Notes under the pieces: model-generated
What the model saw: the letters and a program-made list of their open reading frames with translations, nothing else
Told to the model about the DNA's origin: nothing
Database searches by the model: none
Position numbers and translations under genes: made by a program
Shown: in pieces, positions 11,037 to 23,310 of the stretch
How the letters are laid out: the number at the start of each line of letters is the position of its first letter
Position numbering within the stretch: position 1 is the stretch's first letter
Source of the DNA: Heterodontus francisci
Lineage: Eukaryota
Length of the DNA: 45,565 nucleotides
Direction of reading: 5' to 3'
Assembly (NCBI RefSeq): GCF_036365525.1
Contig: NW_027140453.1
Coordinates: 1,364,001-1,409,565 of the forward strand

Positions 11037-12640
11037 ACCTCTCTCTCTCTGTCTCTCTCTCCCTCTGTCTCTCTGTCTGCCCCCCCCTCTCTCTTTCTTT
11101 TCTCTCTCTTCGCCCCTGTCTCTCTCTGTCTCTTTGTCTTGTTCTCGGTTTCCCTTCCTTCCTTTACTCTTTCTCTCCTTTCTCTCTCTCTATCGTTGCC
11201 TGTCTCTGACATTCTAACTTCTCTCTGCCTCTCACTCTCTCACTGTCTCTGTCTGCCTCTCTCTCTGTTTCTTTCTTTCTCTCTGTCTCTCCATCTGTCG
11301 CACTACCTCAACTGTTTCTCTTTCTGAGCCTGACACAATCTCACTCTATCTCTGTCTACNNNNNNNNNNNNNNNNNNNNNNNNNNNNNNNNNNNNNNNNN
11401 NNNNNNNNNNNNNNNNNNNNNNNNNNNNNNNNNNNNNNNNNNNNNNNNNNNNNNNNNNNNNNNNNNNNNNNNNNNNNNNNNNNNNNNNNNNNNTCTCTGT
11501 CTCTTTGTCTTGTTCTCAGTTTCCCTTCCTTCCTTTACTCTTTCGCTCCTTTCTCTCTCTGTATCTTTGCCTGTCTCTGACATTCTAACTTATCTCTGCC
11601 TCTCACTCTCTCACTGTCTCTGTCTGCCTCTCTCTCTGTTTCTCTCTTTGTCTCTATCTCTCCATCTGTCTCACTACCTCATCTGTCTCCCTTTCTGTGC
11701 CTAACACTATTTCACTCGGTCTCTGTCTACTGTCTTTCTCTGTCTCTCCCTCCATCTGTCTCTCTGTTTGTCTCTCTCTCTCTCTCTTCCTTTCACTCTC
11801 GCTCTGTCCCTCTCTCTCTCTGCCTCTTTGTCTTGTTCTATGTTTTCCTTCCGCCCTTTACTCTTTCCCTCCTTTTCCTCCTCTTTCTTTGCCTGTCTCT
11901 GACGTTCTTCTTTTTTCTCACTCTGGCTATCAGCCTCTCACTGTCTCTGTCTCTCTCTTTCTCTCTGTCTCTCCATCTGTCTCATTACCTCACTCTGTCT
12001 CTCCTTCTGTGCCTAATACTATCTCACTCTATCTCTGTCTACTTTCTCTCTTTGTCTACTTTCTCTNNNNNNNNNNNNNNNNNNNNNNNNNNNNNNNNNN
12101 NNNNNNNNNNNNNNNNNNNNNNNNNNNNNNNNNNNNNNNNNNNNNNNNNNNNNNNNNNNNNNNNNNNNNNNNNNNNNNNNNNNNNNNNNNNNNNNTCCAT
12201 CTCTGTCTCTCTGCCTCACTCTGTCTCTCTTTTTCAAACGCTATATTACTCGAACTCCGTCTATCTGTCTCTCTCTCTGTCGATGTGGGTCTCTGTCTCT
12301 GTGTTTCTCTCTATATATGTCTCTTTCTCTGCCTTTCTCTCTCTCAGTCTCTCTCTCTTTGTCTCCATCTCTCTCTCTCAGTCTCTCGCAGTCACTCCAT
12401 CTCTGTCTCTCTGCCTCACTCTGTCTCTGTTTTTCAAACGCTATATTACTCGATCTCCATCTATCTGTCTCTCTCTCTGTCTCTGTGGGTCTTTGTCTCT
12501 ATGTTCCGCTCTCTATGTATCTCTTTCTCCGCCTTTCTCTCTCTCTGTCTCTCTATCTCTCCCTGTCTCCCTCTATCTCTCTATCTATCCCTCCCCTCCC
12601 CACCCTATCACAGACTGTCTCTTTTGCATTTCTTCACGCT
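8330..12640. repeat. CT-rich low-complexity region with internal duplications and four N-gaps, interrupted by a CR1 insertion
   Basis: (CT/GTCT)n; gaps at ~8398-8550, 10517-10720, 11360-11493, 12067-12195. Confidence 0.9.
8825..9871 (+). mobile_element. CR1 LINE, 5'-truncated RT C-terminal half with (CTAAT)n tail
   Basis: NWLAERRQRVVVDG..GVPQGSVLGP..FADD to the stop at 9799; very similar to 30490-31520. Confidence 0.95.
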
Positions 12641-12779
12641 CAAACATCCATTTAAGTTGCTCAAAACGCTTCTCATGTTTGCCGGTTCTGATGTGAAGTG
12701 GTAGCTCTCTTTTACTCTCTGCAGATCCTGCCTGATGCACTGAGGATTTCTAACATTTCATGTTCTTGTTGCTGAAATG

Positions 12780-13070
12780 CCATCTACTGCTGCCGCCTGT
12801 TGGTGGGCAATGACAGCTGCACCTCCATCTACTGCTGCTCCCTGTTGGTGGGCAGAGAGCTGCACCTCCGTCTACTGCTGCCCTCTGTTGGTAGACAAAG
12901 AGAGCTGCACCTCCAGCTACTGCTGCCCCCTTTTGGTGGGCAATACGAGCTGAACCTCCATCTACTGCTGCCCCCTGTTGGTGGGCAATGCGAGCTGAAC
13001 CTCCATCCACTGCTGCCTCCTGTTGGTGGGCAATGACAGCTGCACCTCCAGCAACTGCTCCCCCTAATTG
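12780..13070 (-). promoter_or_regulatory. Tandem array of ~6.5 x 45-bp units, each with a CTCF-like motif
   Basis: Minus-strand cores CCAACAGGCGGCAG, CCAACAGGGAGCAG, CCAACAGAGGGCAG, CCAAAAGGGGGCAG, CCAACAGGGGGCAG, CCAACAGGAGGCAG vs consensus CCASYAGRKGGCRS. The repeat is certain; CTCF binding is inferred. Confidence 0.7.
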
Positions 13071-13144
13071 CGGGAAACGGGTACTGCGAAAAGATAAATG
13101 TTGATTGTCAACACAAACAGTTCCGTGGGAAAAAGATCCCTTAC

Positions 13145-13181
13145 ATTGAAATAATGCTATCAGATTCAGTAACAGATACAT
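13145..13181 (-). pseudogene. Orphan V leader exon (MYLLLNLIALFQ) with intact donor but no V exon
   Basis: 37-nt exon homologous to the other leaders (MYLLLTLITLFH), donor GTAAGG at 13144; followed by the 45-bp array instead of a V exon. Confidence 0.8.
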
Positions 13182-13566
13182 CTTCTACTGGAAGCTGTGT
13201 TTGTAATCTGTAAATCAGTGGAAACAAGAGCTTTGAGTCCTGTGAGAAGCTACATGAAGACTGAAGTAAGTGATTTGGTTTTCACAACTCCTACCTCCCT
13301 GATTGGAAGCCACGTCCCTGTCTCTCTGTTTGGCTGCAAGTATAAGTTGTTGTTGCGTTTGTTGCTATTAGTCTCCTGCTGAAGTTGTTGCTGCATTTGT
13401 TGCTGGTAGTCTCCAGCTGAAGTTGTTGCATTTTTTGGTGCTAGTCACCTGCTGAAGTTGCTGCTGCATTTGTTGGTGTTTTTTCCTCAAGTTGTTATTG
13501 TATTCGATGGTGTTAATCTTTCTCTCTCCCTCTGTCTTTCTCTGTCCGTCTCTCCATTTCTCTCTC

Positions 13567-13798
13567 ATGTCCCTTTAAGATCTTAGGATGCTAATGAGCT
13601 AAATTCCAGCACGTAGTCACGTGACTCGTAGCCAGTGTCACTCTGTAACTGGAACACCTACAGGCAGGTCCTGTAAATAGTTAGTTCAGTACTGTGTATG
13701 ATAGTTCAGCTGTAAATAGACTTGTTTGTGATCTTCAACCAACTGGACTCCACGCTTCTCATTTATGTTGCATCACACAACATTATGAACTCACAACA
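13567..13798. mobile_element. Possible solo LTR
   Basis: ~230-bp segment starting TGTCCCTTTAAG and ending ACAACA (TG...CA). No TSD confirmed. Confidence 0.3.
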
Positions 13799-13799
13799 C

Positions 13800-14460
13800 T
13801 AACAGCTAATATGCAGGTGCAGCAAGCAATTCCGAAGGCGAATGGTATGCTGGCCTTCATTGCAATGGGATTTCAGTACAGGGGTAAAAATGTCTTGTTG
13901 CAATTGTATAGAACCTTGATGCGACTGCACCTCTCGTATTGTGTGCAGTTTTGCTCTCCTTATCGAAGGAAGGATATACTTGCCAAAGAGAGAATGCAGC
14001 AGAGATTCACCAAAATAATCCCTGGCTGGGTGGGTTTGTCTGAGGAAGAGCGATTACAGAAACTGGGTCTGTATTCTCTGGAGTTCCAAAGAATAAGAGG
14101 TGATCGCATTGAAACTTACAAAATTCTGACAAGACATGACACGACAAATGTCGATAGCGTGTTCAGTCTGGAATCAGGATACACTGTCTCCGAATAAGGT
14201 GCAGGCCATTGAAGAGTGAGATGAGGAGGAATTTCTTTAACTAAGAGAGTTGTGAATCTTTGGAATTCTCTACCAAAGATGTCTTTGTGAGCTGACTGCA
14301 TTGAGCATGTTCGAGACAGAAAGCGATAGATTTCTAGATACTAATGACATCAAGGGAGATGGGGATAGTGGGGGGAAATGACTCAGAGGTAGGTGATCAG
14401 CCATGAGTCGGTTCGATGTGCCGAATGGCCTACTCCTTCTCCTATTCCCTATGTTCCTAG
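13800..14460 (+). mobile_element. Degenerate CR1 3' fragment
   Basis: KANGMLAFI..LYRTL.R.HL.YCVQF..LGLYSLE..RGD.IETYKIL, plus 3'UTR GCCGAATGGCCTACTCCT. Confidence 0.85.
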
Positions 14461-14799
14461 GTTGTGTCCTGAATAAGCAGGGGGCAGGCTGTTGTCTGTT
14501 TGACGGTCCTAGAGCGCTCTCTGCTGTCCCTGTGGAGAATGAAGATAGTGTCAGGAGATGAAACCTAAATATTTTTAGTGATCATTCCTTCCTGATATTT
14601 ACATCTTCTCAATTTGGGTCACATCCCCGTTAATCATTCATAGACAGACAGAAGGTTTTAGGGAACATAAGCAGGCTATTAGTGACATCTTTACCAGTGC
14701 CTCTATATTTATTCTCTCACTTTTATTCACACGGGTCCCTTCTTATTGTCACAAACACCATCGCCCTGCACAAAAATCAAGTCTCTGTACAGCGCAACT

Positions 14800-15040
14800 T
14801 TATCTCCCACAGGTAGTGGTGGGACTCTGGAGGACAATCTGTGAGTTCACATCTGGGAAAGAGATGGGTCGAAAATGACGCCAGGACACTCTGGATTATC
14901 GAGGAAGAAGGATGGAAGGGAGGAATGAAAGCGTCAAGGAGAGAAGGAAATTATAAAGTAAAGAAAATTATTAAGCAGCATTATGTTTCATAAAGTTCCT
15001 TATGGTGGGAGATGGTCATCAGACCCAGTAACAGATACAT
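14800..15040 (-). pseudogene. TRBV: TRBV relic: leader with dead donor; V body and RSS deleted
   Basis: Leader 15004-15040 (MYLLLGLMTISH) with donor ATAAGG; exon starts at 14852, DVNSQIVLQSPTT fused directly to post-RSS ACCTGTGG; 3' flank matches that of the V at 43192. Confidence 0.85.
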
Positions 15041-15279
15041 CTTTCACTGGACCTTTCCCTATTCATCAAGTCATCTTGACAAACCATTGAGGAAAGCAAG
15101 GTGGTGAGGGGCGTTTGGTCACGCCCCCTTCTCTCATTCAACCAATCGGAATTAGCATGGTTTAAATTCGCAATTGCTCTTTTTGTATTTGCCAATCAGA
15201 AACGCGGATCTCCACATCTGGATTTCCCAATTGGATACAAGAGCCTGAGCGAAACTGTCACATGTGGATGGCTCTTCAG

Positions 15280-16090
15280 ATGTAACAGGCTCGATGGGGC
15301 TGAATGGCCTCACCCATTTCCTATTTAACAGATTCGAGGGGCTGAATGGGCCTCCTCCTGTACCTGTGCAGACTGAGGGGGGAACTGAATTGGCCTCCTC
15401 TTGCTCCTGTGCAACAGGCTCAAAGGGGCTGAATGGCTTACTCCTGTTCATATTAATCGGCTCAAGGGGGACTAAGTACCCTTCTCCAATTCCTACTAAC
15501 AAGCTCTACATTGATCAATAACCTCCTCCTGTTTGTGCGCAATGAGGCAGGGGAGTAATTGGCCTCCTCATGTTCCTTTGTAAGAGGCTCCAAAAGACTG
15601 AGAGACCTCCTCCTGAATTCTTCATAAACAGTTTTCCAGGCAGTTGTGTGTTACTGGTCCTATAGGGCCCTCTTCTTGGAGAAATTCGCTGTGATGCATT
15701 TTGGCTGAAGGGATAGACAAAGGCAATATAGACTAAAAGGCAGATTTCGAAAGAGTTTGCAAGGAACAGTGGACCTGAGGCTGCATGTGCCTCGATCTTT
15801 GAAGGTGGCAGGGCATGTTGAGAGAGTGGTTAGTAAAGCAGATGGGATCCTGATCTTCATAAATGGAGGTATTGAGTCCAAAAGCAGTGAACCTTTATAA
15901 AGCTCTGGTTAGGCTCCAGCTGGAGTATTGCGTCCAGTTCTGGCCACCACACTTAAGGGAGAATGTGAGGCTCCTTATTAGGGTGCAGAGCATATTTACG
16001 AGATTTGCAGAATGATCTCCTCCTGTTTCTATGCAACGGGACAAAGGGGCTGAATGGCCTACTCCTCTTCCTTTGTTCCTAACAAAGAGA
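15280..16090 (+). mobile_element. Degenerate tandem repeats of a CR1-tail-like unit (GGGGCTGAATGGCCTCCTCCTG) flanking a CR1 fragment (~15680-16010)
   Basis: Repeated GGGGCTGAATGG..CTCCTG units; CR1-like LEYCVQFW coding at ~15920-15945. Confidence 0.7.
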
Positions 16091-16435
16091 GTTGTGTGTT
16101 TGATCATCTGAGTGAAAGAAGACACCGTGTTAGTGGATAAAACCCCAATCGTTTTTCTGATATTCTCTCCTGATAGTGAAAACCTCTCAGTGTGGTGCCA
16201 CCCTTCTTAATCTTTCATAGAAAGATAGAAAGCTTATCAGCACAGAAAGAGGCCAGACTCTTCGCCTCTGCACCTGTGCTCTCAATTTTATTCTCACCCG
16301 TCTATTCTTATTGTCAAAAATATGATAGCCCTGCATCAATTCAAGTGGAAATACCGCGCTATTGTATGTCCAACAGGTGTTTCCTGCTGCCTTTGGGGTT
16401 TTTGTTGAACTGCTCCATCTCTCTGAGTCACTGTG

Positions 16436-16889
16436 AAGACTCCAGGCACAGAAATACACGGCCGAGTGATTCTCCCGCAGGCTGGAGGACTCCAGGTTGA
16501 ACTGGGTGCCAGTCGGTCTCTCGGCAGTGAAACCGTCCACCTCCTTCTCTGGATTTTTGTGATTAGTACCCGTGGAGTAAAACATAACCTGAGGCTCCTT
16601 CCTCGGGTATTGTCTGTACCAGAACATGTTAAGGGTACTGCTCCCCTCCAAAGTGCACTTCAGTTCCACTTCCTCCCCCACAACTCTGGAGACAGAGGCA
16701 GGAGTCTGGAGGATAGTCTGCGAGTTCACACCTGGGAGAGAGTGGGGAAGAGGAAGAGGTCAGTAAACAGGGGATTTCTAGGAAATGAAAGGAAGAGGGA
16801 ATGAGTATAGGAAGGTTATTAGAGAAAACGTTGGTATTTCAGACTCACTCACAGTGCAAAAGGATTATCAGAGCCAATGACTGATACAT
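16436..16889 (-). CDS. TRBV: TCR beta V gene segment (TRBV30-like), intact: leader 16853-16889, V exon 16436-16731
   Basis: MYQSLALIILLH-C-VNSQTILQTP..LKC..WYRQ..YFCAWS; GTGAGT donor and CAG acceptor; perfect 23-RSS CACAGTG (16435-16429)-23-ACAAAAACC (16405-16397). Confidence 0.93.
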
Positions 16890-16964
16890 CTTCCCCTTGA
16901 AGCTGTTTAGAAATAAGCAAAGCAGCGAGAACCGGAGTGTAAGCCTTGTGAGGGTCCAAACCTG

Positions 16965-17060
16965 CTCTTTACAAATCATTGAGGAAAATATGAAGAGCAT
17001 GAGGAAGTGATGCAGTGTTGGACACGCCCCCTTCCAACACCCAACCAATCAGAATGGACG
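16965..17060 (-). promoter_or_regulatory. V promoter module conserved upstream of most V genes
   Basis: On +: TTTACAAATCATTG (minus TGTAAA; TATAAA in the copy near 41865), AGGAAGTGATGCA (ETS core), CACGCCC, CCAATCA. Related modules at ~26740, 34810, 36460, 38090, 40360, 41865, 43745. Confidence 0.65.
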
Positions 17061-17539
17061 TGGTTCCTTGTTATGGTTGAGTGACTGGATTAAGTGTTGT
17101 TAATATCCCCAACAAGGATGTATGTTGTTCAGTTTCTAATTTACTGATGAGAAATCTCCAATTGAACATATCCAGATCCCCAACGAACCTCATCGGCATT
17201 CCCACATTAGCCACGTGTAGATTTCCAATTTATAGACATCTGGATTCCAGTTTATCCACACCTTCATCTCCGAATAGCCAGATGTCGATGCCGTGTGTCT
17301 CCTGGCAAACGTTGTAAGCAACAGTGGCCTGAGGCAAATAGGTGCAATGCCACCTGTGTGGCACTGGGCTCCTTACCTATTCTACAGCAGGGCTATGCAC
17401 ATTACTGGGTCCTTGGCAAGTTTAAATTGCACTGGGTGTGCCTGTGCCTGAACCCATGTAACCTGGGCATCAGCCTAGGCCTCTGGCTTATTATCGCAGT
17501 GACATTGCAACTATGCCATCGTTATCCTTAGACCAGGGC

Positions 17540-19490
17540 GGTTGAAGAGACATTTACCAGAATGGTGCCATGGTTGAGAGACGGTTGTTATGTGGAGAGA
17601 CTGGAGAAGCTGGGACAGTTTTCCTGGATCAGAGCAAGCTAATGGGACGCTTTAACCCTGGAGGTACAGCCGTTCGATAGAGCAGTTAGGGAGAAATGAT
17701 ATCCCCTGGCAGGAGCTTCGGAAGGTAGAGACTTCACATATAGCATCAGCAAGCAATTGGGAAAGTTAATGTTATGTTAGCCTTTATCGCAAGGGGATTT
17801 GAGTACAGGAGTAATGAAGTCTTGCTTCAATCGTGGAGAACCTTGGTTAGACCACACCTCGAGTACTGTGTGCAGTTTTAGTCCCTTGACCTTCGGAAGG
17901 ATATTATTCCCATGGAACGAGTGCTAAGAAGTTTCACCCGACTTGTTCCAGGGATGGCGGGACTGTCCTATGAAGAGAGATTGGGGAAACTGGGCCTGAA
18001 TGCTCTGGAGTTTCAAAGAATGAAAGGTGATCTCATTGAAACCTACAAAGTCCTTAAAGGGATAGACAGGGTAGATGCAGGCAAGAAGTTTCCTCTGGTT
18101 GAAAGAGAAGGTAAGTCAGACACTAGAGTGTGTAAAATGGGTAAAGTGAAAGTGTTCGATCGGCTGTCTGAACATAAAGTAGATAAAGCACCAGCAGCAG
18201 ATGAGATGTATTCAAGGATACTGAGGGAAGTGAGGGTGGAAATCGCGTTGGCCATAATTTTTCAGTCTTCCTTAGACTCAGGGCTGGTGCCAGATAACTG
18301 GAGAATTTCAAACGTTACACCCTTGTTCAAAAAGGGGGTAAAGATAAGCCCAGCAACTACAGGCCAGTCAGTTTAACTTTGGTGGTGGGGAAACTTCTAG
18401 AAAAAATAATTCGGGACAAAATCAATAGTCACATGGACGAGTTAATTAATGAAAGACAGCATGGATTCCATAAGGGAAAATCATGTTTAACTAACCTGCT
18501 AGAATTTTTTTGAGAAGGCAACAGAGAGGGTTGATGAGGGCAATGCTGTGGATGTGGTATACATGGACTTTCAAAAGGCGTTTGATACAATGCCACACAG
18601 CAAACATGTGAGAAAACTTGTAACTCGTGGAATAAAAGGGACGGTAGCAACATGGCGACGAAATTGGTTTAGTGACAGAAAACAAAGAGCAATGGTTAAT
18701 GGATGGTTTTTCGGGCTGGAGGAAGGTTTGCAGTGGAGTTCCCCAGGGATCAGTATTAGGACCTTTGCTTTTCCTGATATATATTAATGACCTAGACCTC
18801 GGTGTACAGGGCACAATTTCAAAGTTTGCCGATGATACGAAACTTAGAAGCATTGTGAATGATGAGGAGGATAATGTCGAATTTGAAAAGGACATAGACA
18901 TGTTGGTGGAATGGGCAGACAGGTGGCAGATGAGGTTCAATGCAGAGAAATGTGAAGTGATTCATTTTGGTCGGATGAACAATAGAGAATAAAGGGCACA
19001 ACTCGAAAGGGGGTGCAGGAGCACAGGGGCCTAGGTGTATATTTGTTTCAGTCATTAAGAGTGGAAGGACGGGTTGGGACAGTTTTACTTGGAGAAGAGA
19101 AGGCTGAGAGGTGATTTGATGGAGGTTTTCAAAATCATGAGGGATCTGGACAGAGTAGATGGAGAGAAACTTTTCCCACTCGTGAAAGGATCGAGAGGGC
19201 ACAGATTTAAAGTATTTGGTAAGGGAAGCAAAAGTGACATGAGGGAGAACTTTTTCACACAGCGAGTGGTGAAGGTCCAGAATGCACTGCCTGAGAACGT
19301 GGTGGAGGCAGGTTCAATTGAAGCATTCAAGAGCGAATTAGACAGTTATATTGAAAGGAAGGATGTGCAGGGTTATGGGGAGAAGGCAGGGGAGTGGGAC
19401 TGAGGGAATTTCTCTTCCAGAGAGACAGTGCGGGCACGATGGGCCGAATGACCTCCTTCTGCACTGTAACAATTCTGTGATTCTGTGGTT
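17540..19490 (+). mobile_element. Composite of frameshifted CR1 ORF2 fragments
   Basis: NWRISNVTPLFKKG, YMDFQKAFD, GVPQGSVLGP, FADD and FTQRVV motifs broken by stops and frameshifts; CR1 tail ending (ATTCTGTG)n near 19490. Confidence 0.9.
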
Positions 19491-21509
19491 GAGAAGTCTA
19501 GAACCAGGGGGCTCAATTTCACGACCACAGCGAGTAAGTTAAGGCCAATAGTGGAGATGCATTTAAGGGGGAGATTAGATCAGGACATGAGGGAGTAAGG
19601 AATAGAAGGAGGTGCTGATGGGCTGAGATGCAGAGAGATGGGAACAGGATTTTAAACCGTGGTGCGGAGTCAACTCCCCCTTGGCCCCTTTATTCCCTTC
19701 ACCCACTTGATTCTGGCTGTCACGTGGGACTAAGTCCTCTTAATTCAGACTCAGGCTGGGTGTTTGGGATATTGGGGTTACAGGAGAGCCACCCTCCACC
19801 TAATCCACCAGTTACGGTTAATGGCTTAGTACAAAGAGGAGGAAACTCAGTCCTTTCTTTAACTATCAAGTTACTTTATTCACGTTGTTGTACAATGGAA
19901 GAATAAGGCTTATACACTTGGTTAGACAAAAGCATGCAACTCAACTGGGTTATACAGTTAATAACAAAGCTAGCTAGAATTGATAAGCACACCCACCAGG
20001 TTCCTCTGACCTTTCCCTGACCTCGTCACAGAAAACAAACGATAATTCCCGGAAAGGGAAGAGCTGATGCTGGCCAGACGTTCTGATCTCTCTCTCTTTT
20101 ACGTCATCACCGCGTTGCTCACGCAGGGTCTTCCACTTCCACAATGGTTGGTCTCTGAAGTTTCTCGCTGGTTCTATGCCTGAGATTCTCCATACTTATT
20201 CTCTTTCTTATCTCTTCAAAACTGTGCTGTCTCTTTCCTGTTGGTTTAGGCCTGCTCACCTCGTTCGTATCTTCTCCTTATTGGCCCAGGCCCAAAGACC
20301 CCGGTATCACACCGTTTCCAAATAAGGCTCTATTCCTGTGATTTCTCCCTTGTCTGTCACATAAATTAATTAGTTCAAACTGGTTTTTACCAGCACAGGC
20401 CAGTGTCTGAGCTCAGGTTACTTTAGTTCATGTGCTATCCAGCAGTTTGTAACAGATTCTGTACTTCTTGCAGCCCATGGCCAAGGGATGATGTTGTTTA
20501 TTTTGGGTAACTGTTTCGAACAGCCAGACCAGGCTCGATTGATCGAATGACCTTGGTCAGTGCTGTATGATTCTATAACTATCTAAGACGCATCAAGGGG
20601 CTTATTTGTTTTAGGCTGAGAAAGATTTATTTTCCCTGTCTCCTAAACGAGAATTGAAGGGTTAAATTCTTGCCTGGGCCTAACTCCCAGATGCTTTGAA
20701 AGTTCTTCAAAAGACACCGAGTGTCTGAAAGACAAGTTGGTTAATAATTGTCAACAGTTGCTCAAAACCGCCAAATTAGGAATCTGTTCCAGTGAGAGAC
20801 CTATCTGGGGAGTTGTCTCGTATTTGCATTGTATGAATCATCAGGGGCATGTAGAATAGGGAGCTCTGTGCAACTCCTTGTCAGAATCTTCCGTCCATTC
20901 TTTCAACTGTATCATGAACCCATTTACCCTGCCTTGTAATCTGTTCTTAAAATGTAGAGGCTACCTCACGAAAAGAGCCTTATCACGTGGATGGAGCATT
21001 TTAATCATTAATATTGTATTGATATAATCTGAATCGAAGGAGAACAAGAAGATACAACAATATCAACAAAATAGCAAACCATGATATATCACTGATGGAA
21101 CTGCGAGATGTAAACAATGACGTTAGATATATGATAAACAACAGAGGGATGGATATACACTTAGACAGACAAGAGCCAGATAAATCGATCGATGACAAAT
21201 ATATATAGATGACAGAGTAAATAGATAAATAGATAAATAGAGATAAATAGAGATATGTATCGATAGCTGGAGGGATCGATAGAGCAATGGATGGATAGAC
21301 AAATGGAACAATAGAANNNNNNNNNNNNNNNNNNNNNNNNNNNNNNNNNNNNNNNNNNNNNNNNNNNNNNNNNNNNNNNNNNNNNNNNNNNNNNNNNNNN
21401 NNNNNNNNNNNNNNNNNNNNNNNNNNNNNNNNNNNNNNNNNNNNNNATTGAGAGATAGATAGATTGAGAGATAGATAGATAGATAGATCGATCGATATAG
21501 ACCCCAATC

Positions 21510-22870
21510 ATTGACCCACCTCACTGACCCCACTCACTGACCCCACTCACTGACCCCACTCACTGACACCACTCACTGACTCCACTCACTGACCCCACTC
21601 AGTGACCCCACACACTGACCCCACTCACTGACACCACTCACTGACTCCACTCACTGTCCTCTCTCACTGACTCCACTTACTGTCCCCACTCACGGACCCC
21701 ACTCAGTGACCCCACTCAGTGACCCCACTCAGTGACCCCACTCACTGACTCATCTCACTGACCCCACCCACTGACACCACTCACTGACTCCTCTCTTTGA
21801 CCCCAGTCACTGACACCACTGACTGACCCCACTCACTGTCTCCACTCACTGTCCCCACTCACTGACCCCACTGACTGACCCCGCTCACTGACTCCACTCA
21901 CCGACACCACTCACTGACTCCTCTCACTGACCCCACTCACTGAGTCCACTCACTGTCCACACTCACTGACCCCACTTACTGACCTCACTCACTGACTCCA
22001 CTGAGTGACTCCACTCACTGACTCCAGTCACTGACCACACGCACTGACCCCACTCACTAACCCCTGTCACTGACCCCACTCACTGACTACGCTCACTAAC
22101 CCCGCTCACTAACCCCGCTCACTGACTCCACTCACTGTCCCCGCCCACTGACTCCACTCACTGACCTCACTCACTGACTCCACTGAGTGACACCACTCAG
22201 TGACTCCACTCACTGACTCCACTCACTGACCCCACGCACTGACCCCGCTCACTAACCCCGCTCACTGACCCCACTTACTGATCCCACTCACTGACTCCCC
22301 ATTGACCCCGCTCACTAACCCCACTCACTAACCCCGCTCACTGACTCCACTGACTGTCCCCGCTCACTGTCCCCGCACACTGACCCCACTCACTGACCCC
22401 ACTCTTAGCATCCACTTACTGCCTCTGCTCACTGACTCCACTCATGGACTCCACTAACATCCTCCACTCACTGTCCCTGCTCATTAACCCCACTCACTGA
22501 CCTCACTCACTGACTTCAGTGAGTGACACAACTCAGTGACTCCACTCACTGACTCCACTTACTGATCCCACTCACTGACTCCCCACTGACCCTGCTCACT
22601 AACCCCACTCACTGACCCCACTTACTGATCCCACTCACTGACTCCCCACTAACCCCGCTCACTAACCCCGCTCACTAACCCCACTCACTGACTCCACTCA
22701 CAGACTCCACTCACTGCCTCCGCTCACTGACCCCGGTCACTGACCGCACTCACTGACCCCACTCACTGACCCCACTCACTGACCTCACTCACTGACTCAA
22801 CTGAGTGACACCACTCATTGACCCCACTCATAGATTCCACTCACTGACTCCACTCACTGACCCCACTCAA
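21510..22870. repeat. Minisatellite, 13-bp unit CACTGACCCCACT
   Basis: Directly visible degenerate tandem array, preceded by (GATA)n and an N-gap. Confidence 0.95.
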
Positions 22871-23310
22871 TCTCCCAGATCAATCCCTATAATAATCCTT
22901 CATTCTCGAGATCAATCCCTATAATAATCCTTAATTCTCCAGATCAATCCCGATAATAATCCCTCATTCTCCAGATCAATCCCTATAATAATCCTTCATT
23001 CTCCAGATCAATCCCGATAATAATCCCTCATTCTCCAGAGCAATCCCTATAATAATCCTTAATTCTCCAGATCAATCCCAATAATAATCCCTCATTCTCC
23101 AGATCAATCCATATAATAATCCTTCATTCTCCAGATCAATCCCAATAATAATCCCTCATTCTCCAGATCAATCCCTATAATAATCCTTCATTCTCCAGAT
23201 CAATCCCTATAATAATCCCTCATTCTCCAGATCAATCCCTATAATAATCCTTCATTCTCCAGATCAATCCCTAGAATAATCCTTCATTCTCCAGATCAAT
23301 CCCTGTAATA
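22871..23310. repeat. Minisatellite, 32-bp unit CTCCAGATCAATCCCTATAATAATCCTTCATT (~13 copies)
   Basis: Period 32 (e.g. CCAGATCA at 22971 and 23003); highly homogeneous. Confidence 0.95.

Noticed and set aside
6821-12704. Long S/L/C- or R/E-rich ORFs (also 21001-21533, 37072-37663, 42299-42857) and ORFs antisense to CR1 or V exons
   Set aside because: Translations of microsatellites, N-gaps or shadow frames.
12780-13070. CRISPR-like repeat-spacer array (also 22871-23310, 31572-31790)
   Set aside because: Eukaryotic DNA, head-to-tail units without unique spacers, no cas genes.
17000-17015. AGTGATGCA as the mammalian V-beta promoter decamer (AGTGAYRTCA)
   Set aside because: One base short and lacks the CRE-like palindrome; kept only as part of the ETS-containing promoter module.
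19750-20520. Possible LTR/ERV fragment
   Set aside because: No paired LTR, TSD, PBS or coding motif could be confirmed by eye.
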